DNA of 54,816 nt from positions 17,331,124 to 17,385,939 of the forward strand of contig NC_068997.1 in assembly GCF_001194135.2 (NCBI RefSeq), written 5' to 3'. The translations under genes were made by a program, and so were the position numbers. Of this stretch, positions 54,811-54,816 are shown piece by piece (the first letter of the stretch is position 1; the number at the start of each line of letters is the position of its first letter). This DNA comes from Octopus bimaculoides (taxonomy: Eukaryota). The notes below the pieces were generated by a model. That model saw only the letters and a list, made by a program, of their open reading frames with translations, was not told the DNA's origin and made no database searches.

Positions 54811-54816
54811 GAATAT

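Overview
AT-rich animal genomic DNA from a gappy short-read scaffold, with many N-runs that mostly sit beside microsatellites. The microsatellite load and the tRNA-derived SINE families point to an octopus or other cephalopod; this is my inference and has not been database-checked. Almost all long ORFs in the supplied track are artefacts of simple repeats or N-runs. Supported content: about 20 SINE copies from three families (called A, B and C here), three decayed mariner copies (two with DD34D spacing) and one Tc1 fragment, two R4/Dong-like non-LTR retrotransposon fragments, and extensive di- and trinucleotide repeats. A cluster of candidate minus-strand exons at 41.5-46.7 kb may belong to an unidentified host gene. 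The most unusual structures are: a 216-bp element with perfect 49-bp inverted arms that include a (CTA)n tract and a TTG flanking duplication (33421-33636); a second inverted-repeat pair flanking a (TA)n/gap (42623-43293); a fold-back made of two SINE heads (29437-29665); a 138-bp direct repeat with a head-to-tail restart (8979-9780); and two degenerate hammerhead-like motifs. I found no intact gene, tRNA, rRNA or CRISPR array, and no convincing novel multi-gene system.
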